64,000 nucleotides of DNA from a virus. Taxonomy: Duplodnaviria; Caudoviricetes. Shown in pieces: positions 35,869-46,600 of this stretch. Numbering within the stretch: the first letter of the stretch is position 1; each line of letters begins with the position of its first letter. Made by a program: the position numbers and the translations under genes. The stretch lies in IMG/VR virus record IMGVR_UViG_3300030098_005649; one strand, given 5' to 3'. The notes under the pieces were generated by a model. That model was not told the DNA's origin. It ran no database searches and saw only the letters and a program-made list of their open reading frames with translations.

Positions 35869-36845
35869 TGGCATTAATAGATTTAACAACACAGGCTTTA
35901 CCACCACAAGTACCATCTAAGGTATTGACCACTACTGCAGTAACAGAATCTGCTACAGGAACTTTTAGAATAAAGTGGGATGATATTTCAATTGACTTAT
36001 TATCAACTGGTTCTTTTGATTTGGGTATTGGTAATCATTTGATAGCAACTGCAATATTTGCTACTGGTTCTAATGGTCAAGAAGAAGCTATAAGAATTTT
36101 ACCATCCAATGGTCCTGATGGGCCTTTTTCTACTGGTTCTGTAATTGTACAAGGTGATTTGATTGTAAGAGGAAATACTACACAACAGAATGTAGAGTCT
36201 ATGGTTGTAAAAGACCCAATATTAGATTTGAATTATTCTGGTTCAGCGGAACAAGGATTGACCGATAGTGACTATGGTGGTTTGAGAATTGCTAGGTCAG
36301 GTAGTAATCCAGCAAAAATTGTATTTGAAGAAGCATCTGATAGGTGGAGAGTTGATGTTGGACTAAATGCATATAGTACTTTGGTTAGTGTAGATTCAAC
36401 TGATACATTGACAAATAAAACTATAACAGGATTAGCAAGTTCTACCTTGGCAACATCTGCTTCATTGACACTCGATGGTGGATTTATAAGAGGTGGTAGA
36501 TATGCACAACACGATAATGAATACACCACTAAAGCTTATGTAGATGCTGCACTTGGTTCAGGTGAATTTGGTGTATACTTTAGAAAGAATTTTGTTAAAA
36601 AGGCTGGTACTATTAATGCAACAACTGCAAGTTTTACTGCAGTAACCGCATCTGCACCAGGTTCATTGACGGCTACAAATGAACAAGACTTTTCATTCTT
36701 TATCAATGGTGCCTATATGGAACACGATGCATTAACAATACAACAAGATGGGGGACAATTTCTACTAAAAGTTGATTCTGATGAGATAGGATATACTTTA
36801 GAAAGTGACGATGAAATAATTGCACACGGAAAATTTAACTCATAA
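35868..36845 (+). CDS. Virion structural/fibre-associated protein
   Basis: VQGDLIVRGNTT...VKDPILDLN...GGLRIARS beta-rich fibre-like segment; FINGAY domain. Confidence 0.6.
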   Translation: MALIDLTTQALPPQVPSKVLTTTAVTESATGTFRIKWDDISIDLLSTGSFDLGIGNHLIATAIFATGSNGQEEAIRILPSNGPDGPFSTGSVIVQGDLIVRGNTTQQNVESMVVKDPILDLNYSGSAEQGLTDSDYGGLRIARSGSNPAKIVFEEASDRWRVDVGLNAYSTLVSVDSTDTLTNKTITGLASSTLATSASLTLDGGFIRGGRYAQHDNEYTTKAYVDAALGSGEFGVYFRKNFVKKAGTINATTASFTAVTASAPGSLTATNEQDFSFFINGAYMEHDALTIQQDGGQFLLKVDSDEIGYTLESDDEIIAHGKFNS

Positions 36846-36868
36846 TTTTATTAGAATTTGAAAAACAA

Positions 36869-36877
36869 ATATTTATA
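36869..36877 (+). promoter_or_regulatory. Candidate late promoter ATATTTATA for fibre genes
   Basis: Intergenic, before ATG 36919. Confidence 0.45.
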
Positions 36878-36918
36878 GATGATAAGCTTATACATCTAAA
36901 ATAACGGAATTACCATAT

Positions 36919-39900
36919 ATGGCAAAACTTGATAGTAAACAACTATTACCACTACTTACAGGATCATTCGAGTTATCAGGAAGTCTACAATTATCTTCCG
37001 ATAGTTCTATTACAGGTTCTATCTCTGGTTCATTCAAAGGTGAGGGAGATAACCTAACATTTGGCCCTGCTAAACAACCTTTTTCAGACATATCTGAATC
37101 TCTTGGTGATAGACTTGATACCATAGAAGGTGATAGTCCACAACAATTAGGTGAAAATAATTCACCAACATTTGCAGGCCTGAGTATAACCAATGGTCTA
37201 ACTGTTGGTGGTGACATAACTGCAGAATCCTTTATAGTTAGTTCCTCCGTAACCCATATGACACAATCATTCTCAAGTGGTTCTACTGTTTTTGGGGATA
37301 CTTTAGACGATACTCACGAATTTACAGGTTCATTAATATTCACTGGTTCTATGGTAATACCAGTTGTAGATACATTTCCTACAAGTTCTGCAGACAAACC
37401 GTTCAAATCAGGTTCTATATTTTATTTTGATGAGGGAACTGGAGGAACTCCATCAAGACCATCTAAACAAGTATATGTTTATAGTGGTGCATCATCAGAT
37501 GGTTTCAATGCAATATCCACAAGTGGTACAAGTGGTACGAGTGGAACTGCAGGTACATCAGGTACAAGTGGGTCAAGTGGTACGAGTGGTTCAAGTGGAA
37601 CAAGTGGTACAAACGGAACAAGTGGTTCTTCGGGCTCAAGTGGTACGAGTGGAACATCTGGTACAAGTGGTTCAAGTGGAACATCTGGCTCAAGTGGAAC
37701 ATCTGGCTCAAGTGGTTCAAGTGGAACAAGTGGGGATAGTGGTTCTTCGGGTACAAGTGGAACATCTGGCTCAAGTGGTACGAGTGGAACATCTGGCTCA
37801 AGTGGTAGTAGTGGTACGAGTGGTAGTAGTGGGACTTCGGGTACAAGTGGTTCAAGTGGTTCAAGTGGTACAAGTGGAATAGATGGCTCAAGTGGAACAA
37901 GTGGAACAAGTGGAAGTTCAGGTACGAGTGGTACGAGTGGAACAAGTGGTTCTTCAGGTTCAAGTGGAACAAGTGGTACAAGCGGAAGTTCTGGCTCAAG
38001 TGGAACAAGTGGAATAGATGGTTCGAGTGGTACAAGTGGTTCTTCAGGCACAAGTGGAACATCTGGCACAAGTGGTTCATCAGGCTCAAGTGGTACAAGT
38101 GGAAGTTCAGGTTCAAGTGGTACAAGTGGAAGTTCAGGTTCAAGTGGTACAAGTGGAACATCTGGCTCAAGTGGAACAAGTGGTGTAGACGGAACAAGTG
38201 GAACATCTGGCACAAGTGGTTCAAGTGGTTCAAGTGGAACGGCTGGTTCAAGTGGAAGTAGTGGAACAAGTGGTTCTTCAGGCTCAAGTGGTACGAGTGG
38301 GTCAAGTGGTTCATCTGGCACAAGTGGTATAGATGGTTCGAGTGGAACATCAGGTTCATCTGGCACAAGTGGAACATCTGGCTCAAGTGGAACAAGTGGT
38401 TCGAGCGGGACAAGTGGAACTTCTGGTTCTTCAGGTTCAAGTGGAACAAGCGGTTCGAGTGGAAGTAGTGGAACAAGTGGTTCAAGTGGTACAAGTGGAA
38501 TAGATGGTTCGAGTGGTACAAGTGGAACAAGTGGAAGTTCAGGTTCGAGTGGAACAAGTGGTTCATCAGGTTCTTCGGGTACAAGTGGAACAAGTGGAAC
38601 GAGTGGTTCATCAGGTACAAGTGGAACAAGTGGTTCGTCAGGCACAAGTGGGGAAGATGGTTCAAGTGGAACGAGTGGTTCTTCTGGTACTTCAGGTACA
38701 AATGGAACAAGTGGAACAAGTGGTTCGAGTGGGTCATCTGGCACAAGTGGTTCAAGTGGGTCAAGTGGTACAAGTGGAACATCTGGCACAAGTGGTTCGA
38801 GTGGTTCTTCAGGTACAAGTGGAATAGATGGGGGTGATGGTTCAAGTGGAACAAGTGGTTCAAGTGGTTCAAGTGGAACGGCTGGTTCAAGTGGAAGTAG
38901 TGGAACAAGTGGAAGTTCTGGCTCAAGTGGGACAAGTGGTACATCAGGAACAAGTGGTACAAGTGGAACATCTGGCACAAGTGGTTCGAGTGGTTCAAGT
39001 GGTACAAGTGGGTCAAGTGGAACAAGTGGTTCAAGTGGAACAAGTGGTTCTGATGGAAATTTCGGTGGTGCAGCATTTGAGTTTGATTTCAATACTGCTA
39101 CATCAGATTCAGATCCTGGTGCAGGAAAATTAGCACTAAACAATGCAACTCAAAATAATGCAACAGAAATGTACATTGATGATACTGATGTCAATGGTAC
39201 AGATATACAAACTTATTTACGAACTATAGATGATTCGACCTCTACGATAAAGGGGCATGTTAGAATAACAAATAAAACAGATAGTTCACAATTTATTTTA
39301 TTTACAATATCAGCATCTTCTGAAGAAACAGGTTACCATAAAGTTACTATAAGTGCTGTAGATTCATCAGCTGCAGCTCCATTTAGTAATACAGAAGATG
39401 TTATTGCGACATTCGCAAGAACTGGTGATAAAGGTGATAGTGGGTCAAGTGGTACGAGTGGTACTTCTGGAACAAGTGGTAGTAGTGGTTCAAGTGGAAC
39501 AAGTGGTTCAAGTGGAAGTAGTGGAACAAGTGGTGTAATTCAACTAGCTAGTGAGGGTGAGAATAGAATTATAACATCCGATGGTGATGGAACTGGAACT
39601 GCAGAAGCTAACCTTACTTTTGATGGGGCAAATTTACGACTAACTGGTTCATTGTTTATAACAGGTTCAAGTATGGGTGTAGATACTCACGGTTCTGTAA
39701 GTGGTTCTGCACAATCAACTGGTTCGTTTGGTAAAATAGAATTATATAATGATATACATTTGAATGTTGGAGAATTTGCTGTAAGTGGTTCATCAACCTC
39801 AACTGGTTCGTTTGGTAGAATACAGGCTTCAAATATTGCTGGTAATAGTGATATAAATATTTTAGATGATGTAAATTTCAATAATGTAACCCTAACAAAT

Positions 39901-42900
39901 TTAGATGCCGATAGTGGTAATATTGGTGGGTGGACAATCAATTCCGATAAACTTGCAAAAACAGGTCAATTTGAATTATCACCTGATGCTACATATGTGG
40001 TAAGTTCAAGTAACTTCAAAGTAGATGCAGAGGGTAATGTTACTGCATCAAGTATATTACTAACAGATGATATTACCGCAACACTTGGTTTCTTTGAAGA
40101 TAAATTATTAGTTGGTGGTACTATTGAAGAACCAAGTGTTTATGTAAGTTCAAGTGGTGAAATATCCGCATCTCATTTCAGAATTGATACAGAAGGAGCA
40201 GTAACTGCATCTCGTATCTTGATTGCACAAGATGTCAAGGCAGATTCAGTACACGCAAACTTTGGTTTCTTTGAAGATAGAATGTTAGTCGGTGGAAGTG
40301 TTGATGCTCCAAATGTTTATATAAGTTCAAGTGGTGAGATTTCAGCTTCATTCTTCAGAGTAGACCAATTTGGTGCGGTAACTGCATCTCGAATGTTGAT
40401 TGGTAATGATGTACAAGCGGACTCGGTACACGCAAATCTTGGTTTCTTTGGAGATAGATTATTAGTTGGTGGAACTGAGGCCGAACCAAATGTTTATATT
40501 TCATCAAGTGGTGAGATTTCAGCTTCTTTCTTCAGAGTAGACCAACACGGAGCAGTAACTGCATCTCGAATGTTGATTGGTAATGATGTACAGGCTGATT
40601 CAGTTCACGCAACACTTGGTTTCTTTGGAGACAGATTATTAGTTGGTGGTACAGAAGCAGAACCTAATGTGTATGTTAGTTCAAGTGGAGAAATATCTGC
40701 ATCATTCTTTAGGGTAGACCAACACGGAGCAGTAACTGCATCAAGGATGTTGATTGGTAATGATGTTCAGGCAGATTCTGTACACGCTACACTTGGTTTC
40801 TTTGGGGATAAATTATTAGTAGGAGGCACTGAAGCAGAACCTAATGTTTATATAAGTTCAAGTGGTGAAATATCCGCATCATTCTTTAGAGTAGACCAGC
40901 ACGGAGCAGTAACTGCCTCAAGAATGTTGATAGGTTCTGATGTACAGGCAGATTCGGTTCACGCAAACTTTGGATTTTTTGGAGATACACTAAAAGTAGG
41001 TGGTACAGAAGCAATACCTAATTTTATAATATCATCAAGTGGATTTGTATCTGCATCTAATTTCCAAGTATCACCTGCAGGAGAGATGACTGCATCAGCT
41101 GGTGATATTGCTGGTTGGAAAATAGAAGATGGTTCTATAAGTAAAGGAACTGTAGCATTAAATTCATCATTACCTGGTTTAGAAATAGACAATGAATTTG
41201 GAGATACAGTTGTAAAAGTTGCATCTGCATCTTTGAGTAATGAGGCAGCTGGTACGGATTTATTTATAAATGGTGGAATAGAAATAATTGACACAGGTGC
41301 AAATTCAAATGCTGGAACACCACCATTTGGTGGACAGAACATTGGAACTATATCTGCACCGAATAGTCTTGTTTCTTGGTCTATTGAACTTGGTGCAAGA
41401 GTTAGTTCTTCGATAACAAGAAGAAATCAATATGGTAGTGTTGGTCAAAGTGCAAACGAAGGTAATAATACACTTGATATTTTTGTACCAAGTGGTTCTT
41501 ATGTATTGGGTGAGACTCATAACTACATAATATCTTCAAGTATTACTGGTTCATTCTCAGAAGGTAAAACAATTTATACTTCATTCAACACAAGAATGAG
41601 TCATAGTTTACAAGGTGCTGGGACAAACAGAACTGTACCAGACCAATTTGTTTCATTGTGGTATGAATCAGCATCAGCTTATTATATGTTCGGCCCATCT
41701 GGTAGTGTGGATGGAAGTAGTCCTGTAGGAAAGAGTTTCTTACCTGGTAAGAATTTCTCACAGATAAATCTAAATGCTGAACTACCAAAAGACACTACAA
41801 ATATTTTAGTAAAAGTTAGTGGTTCGTTGAACCCAACTTCGGATTTAGGAAATGATGGAACACCATACACAGAACTTCAGTTTGATTCATTCGTACTAAA
41901 ACAAGTCGAGGCAAAAATTGAATTGATGCCTGATGGGTTATTGATATTTGCATCACCAAGTAGTTTCATAAAACTAACTCGTGATGGTTTAGAAATAAAT
42001 GGTGCATCAATAACTGCTGAATCATTGACTGCAAATACTGTTACTGCAACTGGTGGTTTGGTTTCAGATGGTGCTACATCAACTGCATCAGATCCTGATG
42101 CTGGAACAAGTGGAACAAGTGGAACATCTGGTTCAAGTGGTACGAGTGGAACAAGTGGTACGAGTGGAACATCTGGTTCAAGTGGTTCAAGTGGAACAAG
42201 TGGAAGTTCAGGTTCAAGTGGAACATCTGGTTCAAGTGGAACATCTGGAACAAGTGGAAGTAGTGGTTCTTCAGGTACAAGTGGTTCAAGTGGAAGTAGT
42301 GGAACAAGTGGAACAAGTGGAACATCTGGTTCAAGTGGTACATCAGGTTCAAGTGGTACGAGTGGAAGTAGTGGTTCGAGTGGAACAAGTGGAACATCTG
42401 GTACAAGTGGTTCAAGTGGAACATCTGGAACAAGTGGAACAAGTGGTTCTTCAGGTTCAAGTGGAACAAGTGGTTCAAGTGGTTCATCAGGTACGAGTGG
42501 AACAAGTGGAACATCTGGAACATCTGGTACAAGCGGAAGTAGTGGAACAAGTGGAGATAGTGGTTCTTCGGGTACAAGTGGTTCAAGTGGAACAAGTGGT
42601 TCAAGCGGGTCAAGTGGAACAAGTGGTAGTAGTGGTTCAAGTGGAGTAAGTGGTTCGAGTGGAACAAGTGGGACATCAGGTACAAGTGGAACATCTGGCT
42701 CAAGTGGTTCAAGTGGAACATCTGGTTCCTCTGGCTCAAGTGGAACAAGTGGTTCGAGTGGAACAAGTGGGTCATCAGGTACAAGTGGTACTAGCGGTTC
42801 AAGTGGTTCAAGTGGAGTCTCTGGCTCAAGTGGAACAAGTGGGTCAAGTGGAACATCTGGCTCAAGCGGTTCAAGTGGAACAAGTGGTTCGAGTGGAACA

Positions 42901-43668
42901 TCTGGTACAAGTGGTACGAGTGGTACGAGTGGAACAAGTGGTAGTAGTGGTTCAAGCGGAGTAAGTGGTTCTTCAGGTACGAGTGGTACAAGTGGAACAT
43001 CTGGCACAAGTGGTTCAAGTGGTTCGAGTGGAACATCTGGTACAAGTGGAACAAGTGGGTCAAGTGGAACATCTGGTTCAAGTGGGTCAAGTGGAACAAG
43101 TGGTGTAATATCAATTGCATCAGATGGTGAGAATAGAGTATTGACATCGGATGGAGATGGTACTGCAACTGCAGAAGCTTCATTGACATTTGATGGTAGT
43201 ATTTTAGACTTGAATGGTGTGTTTATACCAAGAACTGATGATTCTTCTATGACACTTGGTACGGCTGAAAAGAGATGGGGTGATGTATTTGCTACACAAA
43301 CTACTACTGGTGGTATTTTTGAAACTAACTTACGAACAGAAGGAATTGGTAAATTACCAACAGGAACTATATTGGTATGGGATGGTAAAAAATTAATTCC
43401 TTGTGAAAAGAATTTTGATACTCTTGTAATGGGAGTTAGTAAACAAGGTAAAGATGAACCAATTATACTTGGTGCTGAACCTATATTGGTTACTGGAAAA
43501 GTAAATGTTGGTGATTGGATTGTCACATCAGATGTAATTGGGCATGGTAAATCTGTAGAAAATCAATATTTATCTAATGTACAGATGTTTGGTTCTGTAA
43601 TCGCTCAATCACTTGAGAGTGGTGAGGGTGAAAGTTTTTCAATACTAGCAATGATTAGGAAAGTGTAG
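36919..43668 (+). CDS. Giant tail fibre-like protein 1 (Gly-Thr/Ser-Ser repeats, 59-aa repeats, C-terminal chaperone-like domain)
   Basis: 2249 aa; Gly at every third residue over long tracts; location in tail module. Confidence 0.75.
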   Translation: MAKLDSKQLLPLLTGSFELSGSLQLSSDSSITGSISGSFKGEGDNLTFGPAKQPFSDISESLGDRLDTIEGDSPQQLGENNSPTFAGLSITNGLTVGGDITAESFIVSSSVTHMTQSFSSGSTVFGDTLDDTHEFTGSLIFTGSMVIPVVDTFPTSSADKPFKSGSIFYFDEGTGGTPSRPSKQVYVYSGASSDGFNAISTSGTSGTSGTAGTSGTSGSSGTSGSSGTSGTNGTSGSSGSSGTSGTSGTSGSSGTSGSSGTSGSSGSSGTSGDSGSSGTSGTSGSSGTSGTSGSSGSSGTSGSSGTSGTSGSSGSSGTSGIDGSSGTSGTSGSSGTSGTSGTSGSSGSSGTSGTSGSSGSSGTSGIDGSSGTSGSSGTSGTSGTSGSSGSSGTSGSSGSSGTSGSSGSSGTSGTSGSSGTSGVDGTSGTSGTSGSSGSSGTAGSSGSSGTSGSSGSSGTSGSSGSSGTSGIDGSSGTSGSSGTSGTSGSSGTSGSSGTSGTSGSSGSSGTSGSSGSSGTSGSSGTSGIDGSSGTSGTSGSSGSSGTSGSSGSSGTSGTSGTSGSSGTSGTSGSSGTSGEDGSSGTSGSSGTSGTNGTSGTSGSSGSSGTSGSSGSSGTSGTSGTSGSSGSSGTSGIDGGDGSSGTSGSSGSSGTAGSSGSSGTSGSSGSSGTSGTSGTSGTSGTSGTSGSSGSSGTSGSSGTSGSSGTSGSDGNFGGAAFEFDFNTATSDSDPGAGKLALNNATQNNATEMYIDDTDVNGTDIQTYLRTIDDSTSTIKGHVRITNKTDSSQFILFTISASSEETGYHKVTISAVDSSAAAPFSNTEDVIATFARTGDKGDSGSSGTSGTSGTSGSSGSSGTSGSSGSSGTSGVIQLASEGENRIITSDGDGTGTAEANLTFDGANLRLTGSLFITGSSMGVDTHGSVSGSAQSTGSFGKIELYNDIHLNVGEFAVSGSSTSTGSFGRIQASNIAGNSDINILDDVNFNNVTLTNLDADSGNIGGWTINSDKLAKTGQFELSPDATYVVSSSNFKVDAEGNVTASSILLTDDITATLGFFEDKLLVGGTIEEPSVYVSSSGEISASHFRIDTEGAVTASRILIAQDVKADSVHANFGFFEDRMLVGGSVDAPNVYISSSGEISASFFRVDQFGAVTASRMLIGNDVQADSVHANLGFFGDRLLVGGTEAEPNVYISSSGEISASFFRVDQHGAVTASRMLIGNDVQADSVHATLGFFGDRLLVGGTEAEPNVYVSSSGEISASFFRVDQHGAVTASRMLIGNDVQADSVHATLGFFGDKLLVGGTEAEPNVYISSSGEISASFFRVDQHGAVTASRMLIGSDVQADSVHANFGFFGDTLKVGGTEAIPNFIISSSGFVSASNFQVSPAGEMTASAGDIAGWKIEDGSISKGTVALNSSLPGLEIDNEFGDTVVKVASASLSNEAAGTDLFINGGIEIIDTGANSNAGTPPFGGQNIGTISAPNSLVSWSIELGARVSSSITRRNQYGSVGQSANEGNNTLDIFVPSGSYVLGETHNYIISSSITGSFSEGKTIYTSFNTRMSHSLQGAGTNRTVPDQFVSLWYESASAYYMFGPSGSVDGSSPVGKSFLPGKNFSQINLNAELPKDTTNILVKVSGSLNPTSDLGNDGTPYTELQFDSFVLKQVEAKIELMPDGLLIFASPSSFIKLTRDGLEINGASITAESLTANTVTATGGLVSDGATSTASDPDAGTSGTSGTSGSSGTSGTSGTSGTSGSSGSSGTSGSSGSSGTSGSSGTSGTSGSSGSSGTSGSSGSSGTSGTSGTSGSSGTSGSSGTSGSSGSSGTSGTSGTSGSSGTSGTSGTSGSSGSSGTSGSSGSSGTSGTSGTSGTSGTSGSSGTSGDSGSSGTSGSSGTSGSSGSSGTSGSSGSSGVSGSSGTSGTSGTSGTSGSSGSSGTSGSSGSSGTSGSSGTSGSSGTSGTSGSSGSSGVSGSSGTSGSSGTSGSSGSSGTSGSSGTSGTSGTSGTSGTSGSSGSSGVSGSSGTSGTSGTSGTSGSSGSSGTSGTSGTSGSSGTSGSSGSSGTSGVISIASDGENRVLTSDGDGTATAEASLTFDGSILDLNGVFIPRTDDSSMTLGTAEKRWGDVFATQTTTGGIFETNLRTEGIGKLPTGTILVWDGKKLIPCEKNFDTLVMGVSKQGKDEPIILGAEPILVTGKVNVGDWIVTSDVIGHGKSVENQYLSNVQMFGSVIAQSLESGEGESFSILAMIRKV
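37522..39048 (+). repeat. (GTS/GSS)n 9-nt-period repeat, fibre 1 tract A
   Basis: ggaacaagt/ggttcaagt/ggtacgagt units. Confidence 0.95.
40087..41100 (+). repeat. About six 177-nt (59-aa) tandem repeats
   Basis: GFF codons at 40087, 40264, 40441, 40618, 40795, 40972; unit [57 protein letters not shown](T/N)L. Confidence 0.95.
42103..43104 (+). repeat. (GTS/GSS)n repeat, fibre 1 tract B
   Basis: Same 9-nt unit. Confidence 0.95.
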
Positions 43669-46600
43669 ATGGGTAAAATTCATATAGAAGATGGGATTAT
43701 ATCATCATCAGCGGCTATTGTAGTCCAAGTAGAGGGACAAAATGTAGCGACATTCAACAAAGATGGAGACTATCTAAATTTACTTGGTAGTTTACGAGTA
43801 AGTGGGGATGTTATTGCTGAAAATCAAATTGTATCCTCATCTACATCATATTTTACACAGAGTTTTTCAGAGGGTTCAAATATATTTGGAGATACTCTAA
43901 CTGATACTCATAGATTTTCAGGTTCATTGGATGTAACTGGTAGTTTTGTTATACCGATTGTTGCAAATGCAACAACCATTACACCAAAACCTGGTCAAAT
44001 AGCTTTTAGTACACACGACAATAATATATACAGAGGAACACCCACAGGATTTGAGGTTGCTGCAGGTTCAAGTGGAACAAGTGGAACAAGTGGAACGAGT
44101 GGAACTTCTGGTTCTTCAGGCACAAGTGGTTCATCAGGAACAAGTGGTACAAACGGAACAAGTGGTTCTTCAGGTTCAAGTGGAACAAGTGGTAGTAGTG
44201 GTTCAAGTGGAGTAAGTGGTTCTTCAGGTACGAGTGGAACAAGTGGTTCAAGTGGGTCAAGTGGAACAAGTGGAGATAGTGGTTCTTCAGGCACAAGTGG
44301 AAGTTCTGGTACAAGTGGAACATCTGGTTCAAGTGGAACAAGTGGAACATCGGGTTCGAGTGGTTCAAGTGGTACAAGTGGTTCGAGTGGGTCAAGTGGA
44401 ACAAGTGGAGATAGCGGTTCAAGTGGTACGAGTGGTTCTTCTGGTACTTCGGGTACTTCAGGTACAAACGGAACAAGTGGTACAAGTGGAACATCGGGTT
44501 CAAGTGGTTCTTCAGGTACATCTGGCTCAAGTGGTTCAAGTGGTACAAGCGGAGATAGTGGGTCAAGTGGTACGAGTGGAACTTCTGGTTCTTCAGGCAC
44601 AAGTGGTACATCTGGAACAAGTGGTACGAGTGGTTCAAGTGGTAGTAGTGGAACGAGTGGTTCATCAGGTTCTTCGGGTACTGCAGGTACATCTGGTACA
44701 AGTGGTACAAGTGGTTCGAGTGGAACAAGTGGAGTAAGTGGAAGTTCAGGTACAAGTGGTTCAAGTGGCTCAAGTGGAACATCTGGCTCAAGTGGAACAT
44801 CAGGTTCAAGTGGTACTAGCGGAACAAGTGGAACAAGTGGTTCGAGTGGGTCAAGTGGAGTAAGTGGAAGTAGTGGAACATCTGGCTCAAGTGGAACAAG
44901 TGGTACGAGTGGAACGAGTGGTACAAGTGGTTCAAGTGGCTCATCAGGTACGAGTGGAACATCTGGCTCAAGTGGTTCGAGTGGAACAAGTGGAGATAGT
45001 GGTTCTTCAGGCACAAGTGGAAGTTCAGGCACAAGTGGTACTAGCGGTTCAAGTGGTACGAGTGGTAGTAGTGGAACAAGTGGTGCTGATGGTAATTTTG
45101 GTGGAGCAGCTTTCTTCTATACTTTCGAGACAAATACCAATAATGCAAATCCAGGTTCTGGTGATATAAGATTAGACAATGCTACACAGAATGCGGCTAC
45201 AGGTATTTATATTTGTGATACTGATGAGGATGGTAATGACATACAAGCTTTTATGCGTACCATTGATGACTCAACAAGTACGATAAAAGGGCATGTAAAA
45301 ATTTCAAACAAACAAGATAGTTCTCAATTCTTATTATTTACTATCTCAAGTTTATCAGAACTTAGTGGTTATTTTGATATAACTGTAAGTCCTATAGATT
45401 CTTCAGCAGCCGCTCCATTTAGTGCTGGTGAGGAAATCATAATTACATTTGCAAGAACTGGTGATAAAGGTGATAGTGGTTCTTCAGGTACAAGTGGTAC
45501 GAATGGAACAAGTGGAACATCTGGCACAAGTGGTACGAGTGGTAGTAGTGGAACAAGTGGTAGTAGTGGTTCTTCAGGTACATCTGGCTCAAGTGGTACA
45601 AGTGGTACGAGTGGAACATCTGGTACAAGTGGTTCGAGTGGAAGTTCAGGTACGAGTGGTTCAAGTGGAACATCAGGTACAAGTGGAACAAGTGGTACGA
45701 GTGGAACAAGTGGTTCTTCAGGTACTTCTGGTTCAAGTGGGTCAAGTGGAACAAGTGGTTCTTCTGGTTCAAGTGGGACAAGTGGTACATCTGGCTCAAG
45801 TGGTACGAGTGGTACGAGTGGTTCAAGTGGAACAAGTGGTACATCTGGCTCAAGTGGGTCAAGTGGAACAAGTGGAACATCTGGCTCAAGTGGTACAAGT
45901 GGAGTAAGTGGGTCAAGTGGAACATCTGGCTCAAGTGGAACGAGTGGGACAAGTGGAACATCTGGTTCAAGCGGAAGTAGTGGAACAAGTGGACAAACAG
46001 GACCTCAAGGACCTCCAGGTAATAATGGTTCGAGTGGAACATCTGGCTCAAGTGGAACAAGTGGAACAAGTGGTTCATCAGGCTCAAGTGGAACAAGTGG
46101 AACGAGTGGGACAAGTGGAACATCAGGCTCAAGTGGTACAAGTGGAGTAAGTGGTTCAAGTGGGACAAGTGGTTCATCAGGTACGAGTGGTTCAAGTGGA
46201 AGTAGTGGCACAAGTGGAACAAGTGGTACAAGTGGTTCTTCAGGCACGAGTGGTTCAAGTGGTACGAGTGGAGTAAGTGGAAGTTCAGGTACAAGTGGTT
46301 CGAGTGGAACAAGTGGAGTAAGTGGAAGTTCAGGTACAAGTGGAACATCTGGTTCAAGTGGTACGAGTGGGTCAAGTGGAACAAGTGGAGTAAGTGGTTC
46401 AAGTGGAACATCTGGTACAAGTGGAAGTAGTGGTACAAGTGGTACGAGTGGTTCAAGTGGTACAAGTGGTTCAAGTGGTAACTTTGGTGGTGCTTCTTTT
46501 CAATATACTTTCTCTACCACAACAACAAATAGTGATCCAGGTAATGGTACTTTACGATTAGATAATGGTACACAAAGTTCTGCAACAGGAATTTACATTG

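Noticed and set aside
43666-43671. TAG directly followed by in-frame ATG between fibres 1 and 2 (amber readthrough or code 15)
   Set aside because: Fibre 2 has its own AGGA SD; stop-ATG juxtaposition also occurs with TAA (793/794, 13821/13822); TAG ends several genes just before intergenic regions (263, 22919, 28498, 29059), so it is a true stop.
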